NCBI GenBank assembly: GCA_964360785.1 | Contig: CAYHXX010000001.1 | Location: forward strand, 138,549-202,548 | DNA length: 64,000 nucleotides | Source of the DNA: an uncultured Gammaproteobacteria bacterium | GTDB taxonomy: Bacteria; Patescibacteriota; Microgenomatia; Woykebacterales; RBG-16-39-9b | Reading direction: 5' to 3' | Shown here: positions 27,914 to 36,944 of the stretch, piece after piece | Position numbering within the stretch: position 1 is the first letter of the stretch | Layout of the letters: each line of letters begins with the position of its first letter | Notes under the pieces: generated by a model | The model's database searches: none | Told to the model about the DNA's origin: nothing | What the model saw: only the letters and a program-made list of their open reading frames with translations | Made by a program: the position numbers and the translations under genes

Positions 27914-29197
27914 ATGACAAACAATCCTTGGGAAACAGCCCAAAAACAATTAGAAACCGCTAGTGAAAAAATTAAAGTTGATCCCCTACTTCTACAAACC
28001 CTTCGTAACCATGACCGGGACATTCAGGTTTCCCTGCCCTTAAAAATGGATGATGGTGAAACCAAAATCTTTAAAGGCTACCGTTTGCAGCACAACAACA
28101 TTCGTGGTCCTTACAAAGGCGGTCTTCGCTATCACCCGCAAGTCTCAGAAGACGAGGTCAAAGCACTTTCATTTTGGATGACTATGAAAAACGCCGTCAT
28201 TGATGTTCCTTTTGGTGGCGGTAAAGGTGGAATTGCCGTCAACCCAAAAAAATTGTCTGAACGTGAGTTAGAAGAACTAACCCGACTTTTTACCCGCAAA
28301 ATTGCAGATTTCATCGGTCCCCAAAAGGACGTTCCGGCCCCAGATGTGAACACTAACCCAAAAATAATGAATTGGATTGTTGAAGAGTACTCAAAGATAG
28401 TCGGCAAGGACACCAAAGCCGTTGTCACGGGAAAACCAATCGAGCATGGTGGTTCAGAAGGTCGCACTGAGGCAACTGGTTTGGGAGGAGTTTATAGCCT
28501 TCTAGCATCTTTAAAACAACTTGGAGTCGACAAAAAAGGCTTAACGGTTGCAATTCAAGGCTTTGGTAATGTCGGCCACTATATCGCAAGTTTTTTGGAA
28601 AAAGAAGGTTTCAGAATAGTCGCTCTCTCTGACTCGAAGGGCGGGATCTATATCCCCAACGGTATCGAAAGCATTGGCCAAATCGCCAAGTTCAAGGAAG
28701 CCAAAGGATACCTTGCTGGCTGTTATTGTGTTGGTTCCGTGTGTGATATCAACAACAGGGAAAAAGTTGGCGGGAAAGATGTTTCTTCAAACGAGCTTCT
28801 CGAACTTCCTGTAGATATCCTGATTCCAGCTGCACTGGAGAATGTAATAACGACGGAAAACGCAGCTAATATTAAAGCAAAGATAATTCTAGAAATGGCA
28901 AACGGACCAACAACCTCAGAAGCTGATGAGATTTTACATCAGAAAAATATTACGGTAATCCCGGATATTCTCGCCAACTCTGGAGGCGTGGCTGTCAGTT
29001 ATTTTGAATGGTACCAAAATCTGCACAACGAACACTGGTCAAAGGAAGATGTTTTCGCAAAACTGAAGGAGAAAATGGACAAATCTGTTGGTGAAGTTTT
29101 TGAAATTCAGAAAGAGCACAAGACTACTCTTCGTGAGGCATCATATATTCTCGCTCTACAACGAATCCAAGAAGCGTTTGAAAAAATTAAATTGTAA
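27914..29197 (+). CDS. gdhA: Glu/Leu/Phe/Val dehydrogenase (glutamate dehydrogenase)
   Basis: RGPYKGGLRY, PFGGGKGG, DVPAPDVNT, QGFGNVG, EMANGP, NSGGVAVSYFEW. Confidence 0.93.
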   Translation: MTNNPWETAQKQLETASEKIKVDPLLLQTLRNHDRDIQVSLPLKMDDGETKIFKGYRLQHNNIRGPYKGGLRYHPQVSEDEVKALSFWMTMKNAVIDVPFGGGKGGIAVNPKKLSERELEELTRLFTRKIADFIGPQKDVPAPDVNTNPKIMNWIVEEYSKIVGKDTKAVVTGKPIEHGGSEGRTEATGLGGVYSLLASLKQLGVDKKGLTVAIQGFGNVGHYIASFLEKEGFRIVALSDSKGGIYIPNGIESIGQIAKFKEAKGYLAGCYCVGSVCDINNREKVGGKDVSSNELLELPVDILIPAALENVITTENAANIKAKIILEMANGPTTSEADEILHQKNITVIPDILANSGGVAVSYFEWYQNLHNEHWSKEDVFAKLKEKMDKSVGEVFEIQKEHKTTLREASYILALQRIQEAFEKIKL

Positions 29198-29200
29198 GCT

Positions 29201-30169
29201 CTAATCAGCAAACATTTCTGTGAACATTTTTCCGTATTTGACTGTGTCGTAAACGCCGATTCCAATCCGAGTATATTTTGTTGAAATCCTCGCTTTTTGG
29301 TGTTCTGGGGATTGAAGAAACCGTTCATGGGCAGTAATTGCGTCTGGGGCAAAAGAGAGGTTTTCAGCAAGAGAGTTAAATTCAAGATTTTTTGCAGTTG
29401 CTCGGTCGTACGGATTTTTCCCAGTTGGATCTATATGACCAAAATAACCACCCTCAATCATAGCTTTGGAATGGTCACGAGCAATATTTGTTAGTAACGA
29501 ATCAAGTTTAAGCTTCGGTAAATTCTTTTCAATTCTAGTTTGGTTTAAGGAGATTAAGAGAAGTTTTTCCGAGTCTGGATCCAAAATAGCTTTGTGGTCT
29601 GGAATCGACAAACGAACAAAACTTTCGCTGTCTTGTTTAGTTGAGGTAATAGCAATAATACCTTCACGAACCGAACGTGAAAATGCTTGTTGTAAAGGCA
29701 TGCTAAATCTAGTTGTAAAGGGAAGTATAGTACCAATAATTTTTGAAGTGGACATTGCGTTTTTTATATTCGTTGATATTGGTAATATTATTATTACCGT
29801 GGAAATAAAAGCAATGATAAGGCAACTGGAAAGTAAGTTTGGTATCAAGCCGAAATAACGGTTAAACTTTGAAAGAATGAGACTCATCGGTAGTTTTCGG
29901 AAAAAATCATTAAAAAATGCCGAAAAAAGTACTTCCGAAGAAATAAAAACAAAAATAAAGGAAATCAAGTTTACCAGCTCTGATTTAAATCCAACCAGAA
30001 CTATTAAAAAAGATAGAATTGGAAAAATGGAAATAGCACAAACTAAGGAAATGAAAAAACCTAGGAATTCAAAAAATTGCTCCAAAAAACCACGTTTGAA
30101 TACAAACGCAGCATAAATTACAACGAAGATAATTACTAAAACATCAATCCAGTTGAAACCAAATAGCAT
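29201..30169 (-). CDS. CvpA-family membrane domain fused to CAP/SCP domain
   Basis: NWIDVLVI..KRGF N-terminal TMs; C-terminal IARDHSKAM..YFGH..AENL..SPEH..RIGIGV. Confidence 0.85.
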   Translation of the reverse strand: MLFGFNWIDVLVIIFVVIYAAFVFKRGFLEQFFEFLGFFISLVCAISIFPILSFLIVLVGFKSELVNLISFIFVFISSEVLFSAFFNDFFRKLPMSLILSKFNRYFGLIPNLLSSCLIIAFISTVIIILPISTNIKNAMSTSKIIGTILPFTTRFSMPLQQAFSRSVREGIIAITSTKQDSESFVRLSIPDHKAILDPDSEKLLLISLNQTRIEKNLPKLKLDSLLTNIARDHSKAMIEGGYFGHIDPTGKNPYDRATAKNLEFNSLAENLSFAPDAITAHERFLQSPEHQKARISTKYTRIGIGVYDTVKYGKMFTEMFAD

Positions 30170-30194
30170 TTATTAGATTAATTCTGACCAAAAA

Positions 30195-30302
30195 CTAATG
30201 CCACGCCCAAGGTAATGTAATAACATTTGCAGAAGCAAGTACCGCAACTATGGCAATCACTAATGCTGTTAAAGCTATGTACAATGTTGTGTTTTTTGAC
30301 AA
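30195..30302 (-). CDS. 35-aa secreted-peptide precursor MSKNTTLYIALTALVIAIVAVLASANVITLPWAWH (not in ORF track)
   Basis: TTG start behind AAGGAGGTG RBS; paralog of 30334-30441 with conserved frame and length. Confidence 0.85.
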   Translation of the reverse strand: MSKNTTLYIALTALVIAIVAVLASANVITLPWAWH

Positions 30303-30333
30303 TCAACTCACCTCCTTATAAATTTGGGCTAAA

Positions 30334-30441
30334 TTAGTGCCACGCCCAAGGTAATGTAATAATATTTGCTGCGGCAAGGACGGCTACAACTGCAAGAACC
30401 AAAGCTACAAGTGCAACCCAAAGAGCAGTATTCTTCGGCAT
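30334..30441 (-). CDS. 35-aa secreted-peptide precursor MPKNTALWVALVALVLAVVAVLAAANIITLPWAWH (not in ORF track)
   Basis: ATG start behind AAAGGAGGTG RBS; paralog of 30195-30302. Confidence 0.85.
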   Translation of the reverse strand: MPKNTALWVALVALVLAVVAVLAAANIITLPWAWH

Positions 30442-30503
30442 ATTAAATTGTCACCTCCTTTGGAAAACAAAAAAATAGTTGGGCAGTCATTTGTGATAAA
30501 TAA

Positions 30504-30532
30504 ATTGTCCTATTCCTTAGATACTTTGTCAA
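30504..30532 (-). promoter_or_regulatory. Sigma70-like promoter for the peptide genes
   Basis: TTGACA-17nt-GACAAT on minus strand. Confidence 0.6.
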
Positions 30533-30534
30533 TC

Positions 30535-31995
30535 CTAGGAGTTCCCTTTAGGTAAGCTAACAAAAAAAGTAGAGCCCTCGTTGGTTTTTGATTCAAACCA
30601 AATTTTACCTCCGTGTGCTTCAGAAATTACGCGCGAAAGATACAGACCTAAACCCAAGCCTTGGTAATCATATTGCAAAAGGTCAGTCGCGCGGTGAAAT
30701 TTTTTAAAAACTAACGGTATCTCTTTTTCAGATATGCCGATTCCACTATCTTTTATACTAATTATATAGTTTTCGCTCTTTTCGCTAATCCCAACAGTAA
30801 CTGAACCACCTTCCTTGTTAAATTTAATCGCATTTTCGATTAAATTATTAAAGAGTATTTTGATTTTGGTCACGTCTCCATTAGTTAAATAACTTTCCGC
30901 TGGTGTAACAAAATGAAGTGAAACTTTTTTTGCTAAAGCCTCGGGGGAATAAAAAGAAATTACCTGATTAATTATTGAGGTTAAATCTAGTTTTGATCCT
31001 GAAGAAATCTTTTTATCAGTTTCGAGTGAGACGATACTTAAAAATTCCTCGACCAAACTTTCAAGATTGGAGATTGAAACTGAGATAGCCTTATACTTGT
31101 CTTTGTAAGGTTTTGGTGCCTTCGGATCAACAATAAGCTGACTGGTATAGCCTTTTAAAACAGTTAAAGGTGTTCTAAGGTTATGGGAAGCAATAACAAT
31201 AAACTCATCTTTAAGACGGTCTAGATCTTTCAGGGCCTCGATATTTTTTTGCAAAGAACTTGCCATATTGTTGACCGATTGCGACAAAGTTTCAAGCTCA
31301 TCCCCAGTAAATACAGATATTCTTTCGTTTAGTTTACCTTTACTAACAAGGGACGCCCCTGAGACAATTTTTTCGATTGGGGATACAATTATTCGATCCA
31401 CAGTAAATACTACAAGTAAGGTCGATAAAATCGCGACCAAAAAACTAATTCCGACAATAATCGCGATTGTATAGGCTAGACTTTCCCGAATACTGTCATA
31501 ATTTACAAAAAAACGAATTGAGTACGGATGTGCTCCAAAATCATCGAAAAAAGGCTCAACTATTTCAGTAACTTCACCGAGACTATTTTTGAACTCGCTA
31601 TGACTGTCGGAATTAACTGCGGTTATTATCTTTGGATCAGCAATTTTCCGTTCATTACCCTTTGAAACTGTTGAGTCATAAAGTATCTCGCCAGTGACAT
31701 CAATGATTTGGAAACTTTTTACATTTTGCTCAAGCACAAGTGTCTTTTCGGCAATTTCCTCCATTTTGATATCACCTGAATCAAAATAAATTTCATAGGC
31801 GGTGGCAAGTGGTTTGACTGATAAACTAGTAAAACTTCGCGCGGAACTAAGGATGGCCTGTCTTTGATTGTTGAGTTGGTAGGTGATAAAAACGATTGAA
31901 ATAAGTGTGGCTAGAAGAAATAGAATTGACAGCAACAAAATTAGAAACTTTATTTTAAGTGATTTTTTAGCAAATCTGAACAGGGGCAGGTTCAT
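30535..31995 (-). CDS. Membrane sensor histidine kinase (extracytoplasmic sensor, HAMP, HisKA, HATPase_c)
   Basis: 2 TM, DELETLSQSVNNMA HAMP, IASHNLRTP, NLIENAIKFN, DSGIG, GLGLGLY. Confidence 0.92.
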   Translation of the reverse strand: MNLPLFRFAKKSLKIKFLILLLSILFLLATLISIVFITYQLNNQRQAILSSARSFTSLSVKPLATAYEIYFDSGDIKMEEIAEKTLVLEQNVKSFQIIDVTGEILYDSTVSKGNERKIADPKIITAVNSDSHSEFKNSLGEVTEIVEPFFDDFGAHPYSIRFFVNYDSIRESLAYTIAIIVGISFLVAILSTLLVVFTVDRIIVSPIEKIVSGASLVSKGKLNERISVFTGDELETLSQSVNNMASSLQKNIEALKDLDRLKDEFIVIASHNLRTPLTVLKGYTSQLIVDPKAPKPYKDKYKAISVSISNLESLVEEFLSIVSLETDKKISSGSKLDLTSIINQVISFYSPEALAKKVSLHFVTPAESYLTNGDVTKIKILFNNLIENAIKFNKEGGSVTVGISEKSENYIISIKDSGIGISEKEIPLVFKKFHRATDLLQYDYQGLGLGLYLSRVISEAHGGKIWFESKTNEGSTFFVSLPKGNS

Positions 31996-32011
31996 GATTT
32001 AAGCAGAATAT

Positions 32012-33637
32012 TTAGTTGCTAGTGGTTTTAATTTCGCGACCACTTACTGACTCTAGTATGAAGTCAGTTAATATGTTTGTATTAAAGTCGTAATTATTGC
32101 GAATGATAAATGTATTGGTCACAGAATAAAGGGGGATAACCGGAACATCGGCAACAATTTCAGCAACCAAATTCTCAAGCAGTTTTTTTCGTTCCTTGGG
32201 AACAAAACTTTTATTGACCTTCTCAATTTCCTGATCCACTTTAGAACTAGAGTAACTTAAAAGATTAGAGTCGGCTTCTGTTCGAAAAATACCATCAATA
32301 TACTCTCCGCCATCACTGGCCAACGGTCCGGCAATAAAGGTTGCTGCTTTTCCAGCAAACAAATCTTTAACCAGTAAACTAAAGCTTTCAACAACCTTTA
32401 TATTTGTTTTAATGCCACTATCAGCTAATTCTGCAGAAATTGCCTTGGCAACTTCTTCGCGATCAGCAGTTATGTAAATATCAAACTCAAGATTGGCTGA
32501 GTTTGTATCTTTCAATAAGACCTTTGCTTTAGTGGCGTCCTTTATATTATCTTGTATTTCTGGATTGTAACCAACAATTGATTTGGTAATGAATTGATTG
32601 GCTTTTTTTCCAGAAACCGAGGCGATTTTGATTACTTTATTATTATCGATGGAAAGCTTGACTGCCTCGCGCACACTTTTCTGTAGAAGAGGATTGGGTT
32701 TACCGTTTAACTCCTTGGCAGCAAAGTTAAAAAATAGCATTACCACTCTAGGTTCGTCTTCCTTGCGAATTTGAAAATCATTACTAAGCCCTGTGTTATT
32801 TGTTTCAACTCGGGCGTAATCAATCTCTTGATTTTTTAGTGCTTTTAACAGATCATCATCAGTTTCATAAACAATGAACTTTGCTTTTTTTAGTTTTGGT
32901 TTTGTGCCCCAATAGCCACCGAACCGTTCGACTATCGCTTCTTCATCTTTTGTAAAACTTACTATCTTAAATGGTCCTGTTCCGGTTGCTTTATCCAAAC
33001 CATCACGTTCGGTTTGCTTTTTTGAAAGTATATAAACGTCAGTTATACGATTCAGTAGTAATGGGTCTGGTTTATTTGTAATAATATCGACTGTTTTGTC
33101 ATCAATTATCTTTACCTCTTTAACTGTTGAAACCGAGTTTGTTGATGGCCAGGCTTTTTCTTCATCTTCGGCATTTTCCAAAACTTGATCAAATGAATAT
33201 TTAACATCCTCAACTGTCAAAATTTCTCCGGACTGGAATTTGATTCCGGTTCTGATAGTGAAGCGCCAGGTTGAAGTATCGGGATTGGTCCATTTAGTTG
33301 CGATTGCTGGCACAATACCGGAACTGCGAACCTTTGTAAGAGCTTCAAAGACGGAATCATTGAAGTTAGTATCGTCAATTGTGGGTGGGTTGGAACTTTT
33401 TGGATATATTCCTGACAACGATGTCCAACCCAAGTTAATTTGTTCTCTTTCTAGACCAGTCACAACTTTTTCTTCGTTTGGCTTTTCCTTTAGGAAAAAA
33501 ATAAAGACAAGAAAAGCTGTGACGCCTACTACCAAGAGTAAAATAATAATTTTTGAAAAGTTAACAATTGAGAAATTTGATTTTGGAGCACTTGCTACTG
33601 AAACCTGTTGGTTATTTGTGGACAATTCTTCAGGCAT
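32012..33637 (-). CDS. Family 5 (OppA/DppA-like) extracellular solute-binding protein, no adjacent permease
   Basis: VFEALT, PAIATKW, LTVEDVKYSF, GTGPFK, VREAV..ID, PVIPLY. Confidence 0.88.
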   Translation of the reverse strand: MPEELSTNNQQVSVASAPKSNFSIVNFSKIIILLLVVGVTAFLVFIFFLKEKPNEEKVVTGLEREQINLGWTSLSGIYPKSSNPPTIDDTNFNDSVFEALTKVRSSGIVPAIATKWTNPDTSTWRFTIRTGIKFQSGEILTVEDVKYSFDQVLENAEDEEKAWPSTNSVSTVKEVKIIDDKTVDIITNKPDPLLLNRITDVYILSKKQTERDGLDKATGTGPFKIVSFTKDEEAIVERFGGYWGTKPKLKKAKFIVYETDDDLLKALKNQEIDYARVETNNTGLSNDFQIRKEDEPRVVMLFFNFAAKELNGKPNPLLQKSVREAVKLSIDNNKVIKIASVSGKKANQFITKSIVGYNPEIQDNIKDATKAKVLLKDTNSANLEFDIYITADREEVAKAISAELADSGIKTNIKVVESFSLLVKDLFAGKAATFIAGPLASDGGEYIDGIFRTEADSNLLSYSSSKVDQEIEKVNKSFVPKERKKLLENLVAEIVADVPVIPLYSVTNTFIIRNNYDFNTNILTDFILESVSGREIKTTSN

Positions 33638-33698
33638 TAGATAAAGTATAACAGAATTAAAAAAAAGATTACAAGAATGGTAGGGAAAATAAAATCTT

Positions 33699-33752
33699 CG
33701 GCTGCCGGGCTAGGGTAACACACGCATTCCGCTTTGCGGAAAGCCGAACCTA
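33699..33752 (-). pseudogene. Ghost tRNA-Gln 3' half with T-loop insertion
   Basis: TAGGTTCG[GCTTTCCGCAAAGCGGAATG...]CCCTAG-CCCGGCA-GCCG immediately after CCA of the intact tRNA. Confidence 0.75.
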
Positions 33753-33826
33753 TGGCTCGGGGACTTGGATTCGAACCAAGATACTGGGCTTCAAAGGCCC
33801 ATGTCCTACCATTAGACGATCCCCGA
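33753..33826 (-). tRNA. tRNA-Gln(TTG)
   Basis: TCGGGGA...TGGGC-CTTTGAA-GCCCA...GGTTCGAATCC...TCCCCGA-GCCA. Confidence 0.95.
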
Positions 33827-33907
33827 ATAGTTGGGGGTAGTATATCAAATTAGCTTTGGTACTGACTAGTTTAGGATTTTTCTTGGAGATTTAAACAAAC
33901 AGAACCT

Positions 33908-34279
33908 TCATTCAAATAGAAAGCTCAGATGAGGCCAGAAAAGTAGTATTCCTCCGAACACGGAAACAAAACTCATTAAAAGTACTGATGCGGCGGCAAC
34001 ATCCTTTGCCACTTTGGCATCCGGCAGCATTTGCTCTTTTACTGCCAAATCTACTACGACTTCGATGACGGTATTTAAAAGTTCCGCTGTCAATACTAAA
34101 CCGATTAAGATTACTAAAATTATCCATTCCCAACGAGAAAAATCTAATACCCAAGCTAACGCCAAAACCAGAAAGGCAATCAAAACCTGGATTTGGAAAT
34201 TCTTTTGGGTATACAAAGCGTGGTTCAAACCAGAAAAGGCAAAGTGAAAACTTTTGACACGACTGTGATTTCTTTCCAT
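33908..34279 (-). CDS. dgkA: Diacylglycerol/undecaprenol kinase family protein
   Basis: SFHFAFSGL, ELLNTVIE..VD, AKVAKDVAAA. Confidence 0.88.
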   Translation of the reverse strand: MERNHSRVKSFHFAFSGLNHALYTQKNFQIQVLIAFLVLALAWVLDFSRWEWIILVILIGLVLTAELLNTVIEVVVDLAVKEQMLPDAKVAKDVAAASVLLMSFVSVFGGILLFWPHLSFLFE

Positions 34280-34666
34280 TTAGTTTACCAACCCCATTCT
34301 TGGGATATTCATAATACGACGCAGTTCTGCTACCAGCTTCTCACTTGAAACTTCAGGTTTGCGTATAGCCTTGGTTGCCCCACTCTCCACGTATTCGCTC
34401 AGATCATCACTACGTTCATCAGCTAATACCAGAATAGGTGTGGAAGAAGCAGCGACTTTGTGAAGTGCGCGGACTTTAATCAGAAACCAAAGACCCTCTT
34501 CTCGAGGTAGGTTGACGACACAGCAAGGGAAAAACTCGTCCCCGATACGATCCAAACCATCCTTGGCAGAAAGTTCCGTCGCAACGTCGAAACCACTGTC
34601 AACCAACATCTTGGTTACATTTTCTATGGCAGCTTGTTCTGTTCCAATCAATAAGATCTTTGCCAT
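34280..34666 (-). CDS. Degenerate receiver-domain protein
   Basis: MAKILLI, TPILVL, GATKAIRKP; acidic pocket and phospho-Asp not conserved. Confidence 0.6.
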   Translation of the reverse strand: MAKILLIGTEQAAIENVTKMLVDSGFDVATELSAKDGLDRIGDEFFPCCVVNLPREEGLWFLIKVRALHKVAASSTPILVLADERSDDLSEYVESGATKAIRKPEVSSEKLVAELRRIMNIPRMGLVN

Positions 34667-34782
34667 CTGGAATTGTTTAAATAAAGCCTACCGCAAATAT
34701 AGCAAAAACAGAACATTACTGAAAGTAGAGGTTTAGTCATTGGACTTGAGGTTCTAATTTGCTGTAAACTTTGTTTATATTT

Positions 34783-35499
34783 ATGCTGGAATTGATTTTA
34801 GGTATTTATAACACAGTTCTTTATCAACCGGTCTACAACCTCGTAATTGTTCTCTACAACTTTTCTCCCGGACCAAACCTTGGCTGGGCGATTGTTATGC
34901 TTTCAATAATTGTCAGACTACTTTTGCTTCCTTTCACTCTCAAAGGCTACCACACAGACAAACTTCTCGAGCAGGCGGCAGAAAAAATACGTATAACTGA
35001 AGCAGATTTTAATCTATCTTCTAGAGAGAAACGCTCCAAAATCACACTAATTATGAAAGAAAAAGGTATCAACCCACTTTCAGAAATTTATTCCTTATTC
35101 GGACAAATAATTTTTCTGGCCGTGCTTTATCAAGTTGTCCAAAGAGGTATTACACCCGCAGGCTATAACAAACTCTATTCCTTTGTAGGCCACCCTATCG
35201 GAAACCTGGATGCCATTTTTTTTGGTATCGATGTCTCCCATGCCAGCATCATTTTTAGTCTAATTGCCGGGGGTTTACTTTTCGTCGAACAGATTTGGGA
35301 ATATGAATCGAAGAAAAACATACCTGAAGCGACGTTTTCTGAACGGTGGTATCCCTTGCTTTTGCCTATACTCACGTTTATACTATTGATGTTGTTGCCA
35401 GCAACCAAAGCGGTATTTTTAATCACGTCAATCACGTTCTCGCTTGGTATACGTTTGATGTTCACTCTGGGAAAGTCTGGCAAAGAAGAAGCAAAATAA
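34783..35499 (+). CDS. yidC: YidC/Oxa1 membrane insertase family protein
   Basis: LYQPVYNL, LGWAIVMLSIIVRLLLLP, KEKGINP; divergent C-terminus. Confidence 0.75.
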   Translation: MLELILGIYNTVLYQPVYNLVIVLYNFSPGPNLGWAIVMLSIIVRLLLLPFTLKGYHTDKLLEQAAEKIRITEADFNLSSREKRSKITLIMKEKGINPLSEIYSLFGQIIFLAVLYQVVQRGITPAGYNKLYSFVGHPIGNLDAIFFGIDVSHASIIFSLIAGGLLFVEQIWEYESKKNIPEATFSERWYPLLLPILTFILLMLLPATKAVFLITSITFSLGIRLMFTLGKSGKEEAK

Positions 35500-35547
35500 A
35501 TGTTTGACTATTGTTTCCGAACAATTGCTAAAAACAAGGATCGTTAG

Positions 35548-36126
35548 ATGTTTGACAAACTCGTTGTTGGCTTTTTTGTTGATGAAGTTGCCGGAGGATT
35601 CTTTGTAGATGTACCTCCAGGACAAATAGCCTGTGTTTACGATCGCCTAAGGGGCGTGCTTCGTCATACTTGGGGACCAGGCTTACATTTCAAACTCCCT
35701 TTTTTACAGAAAGCAAAGCTTTTTAACGCGCAAACTCTTGAGTACAGTATTCGCCCAGGTTTTGAAGCTGAAGTAAACCGCGAATTTCTTGGAGACGATC
35801 CAATCAGCGCCACCACCGCAGACGGTATAGGCATTTCGGTACTAGGAACAATTTTAATTCGTATAAACAAAGACCTTGTTGTTGGACTTTGGGAGAATAT
35901 TGGAGAAGGTTTTGTTTCGAAAATAATTCGCCCAACCTCACGTTCTCGTATTCGTACAGCATTATCAGAATTTACGGTTCAACAACTCAATTCAGCTTCT
36001 CGACACGAAGCCGAAAAGAGAATCAAAGAGCAACTTGAGTTTGAACTTGGGCCAAAAGGTCTGATCGTCGAAGGTGTTCTTCTTTCAGAAATTTCCAATA
36101 CCACACCAGCTCCAACTCACAACTAA
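35548..36126 (+). CDS. SPFH/prohibitin (band 7) domain protein
   Basis: VPPG..V, PGLHFKLPF, IIRP..RS.IR, GLIVEGVLLSEI. Confidence 0.8.
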   Translation: MFDKLVVGFFVDEVAGGFFVDVPPGQIACVYDRLRGVLRHTWGPGLHFKLPFLQKAKLFNAQTLEYSIRPGFEAEVNREFLGDDPISATTADGIGISVLGTILIRINKDLVVGLWENIGEGFVSKIIRPTSRSRIRTALSEFTVQQLNSASRHEAEKRIKEQLEFELGPKGLIVEGVLLSEISNTTPAPTHN

Positions 36127-36167
36127 TTGTCCCTTACTACTTGTTCTGATATAATCGGTTCCTACTA

Positions 36168-36242
36168 GCGGGATTCGTATAGTGGCTAGTATGCCACCCT
36201 TCCAAGGTGGAGGCGAGGGTTCGATTCCCTTATCCCGCTCCA
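36168..36242 (+). tRNA. tRNA-Gly(TCC)
   Basis: GCGGGAT...CCACC-CTTCCAA-GGTGG...GGTTCGATTCC...ATCCCGC-TCCA. Confidence 0.94.
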
Positions 36243-36318
36243 AACTAGGTTCTGAAAATGAAAAGACTTCTCAGTTCCCTGGCATCTAAAATCTTTGTTA
36301 AAACAGAAGAGCGGCCCT

Positions 36319-36861
36319 TTAGGACGCGCTCTGGTCTAATGTCTGCAAATTTAAATAGTTTCTTAGTGAAGCTATAATACTCCTCTCATCTTCGTCAAAA
36401 TCCACACCTTCATCCGAAATCTTGGAGAAAATCCCGTGAGCAGCCCTTATCAGGGAATCAGGATCATCCAAGCTTAAACCTTGTGCCTCTGCTCGCTTCC
36501 TATTTCTCTCCTCTGTGTCCTTGCGCTCCTCTCCTCTCACTCTTTCGTTTTCTTCTCGAATCCAATTCTTTAAGAGCATCAACGTTGCCTCTGTAGCCCG
36601 CATCGCTCCCTTTGCTTTAATTCTCCATTGTTCGTATTCGAGATAATTCATTCTACGACCGTCGGCATGCGTTCTGTTATTACTCCCCAGTTGGTCTTCG
36701 ATCCCTTGCTTTCTGAGTACGCGTTCAGTTCTTCTCTCATATGCTTCTTGCAGGGATTTTGGTGGGACAAAACGGCTTCGCGCGCGCTCTAACCGAGTTG
36801 GTCGAACTGGATCCACGAGGCACCTCCTGGTACCCTGAGCAATGCCCACTCGTTTTGACAC
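36319..36861 (-). CDS. Hypothetical charged/coiled-coil protein (orphan between tRNAs)
   Basis: 180-aa ORF, AAGGAAG before GTG start; no recognisable motif. Confidence 0.55.
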   Translation of the reverse strand: MSKRVGIAQGTRRCLVDPVRPTRLERARSRFVPPKSLQEAYERRTERVLRKQGIEDQLGSNNRTHADGRRMNYLEYEQWRIKAKGAMRATEATLMLLKNWIREENERVRGEERKDTEERNRKRAEAQGLSLDDPDSLIRAAHGIFSKISDEGVDFDEDERSIIASLRNYLNLQTLDQSAS

Positions 36862-36944
36862 TGCTTCCTTTTATAGTTTCTATTTTAAAGGTAATGTCAA
36901 CTTACTTTAAATTTTAGGTTTATTTTGGTAGAATACGTTCACCT

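Noticed and set aside
36243-36290. Possible ghost T-arm after tRNA-Gly(TCC) (CTAGGTTC...TTCCCTGG)
   Set aside because: No acceptor strand or CCA; too weak to count.
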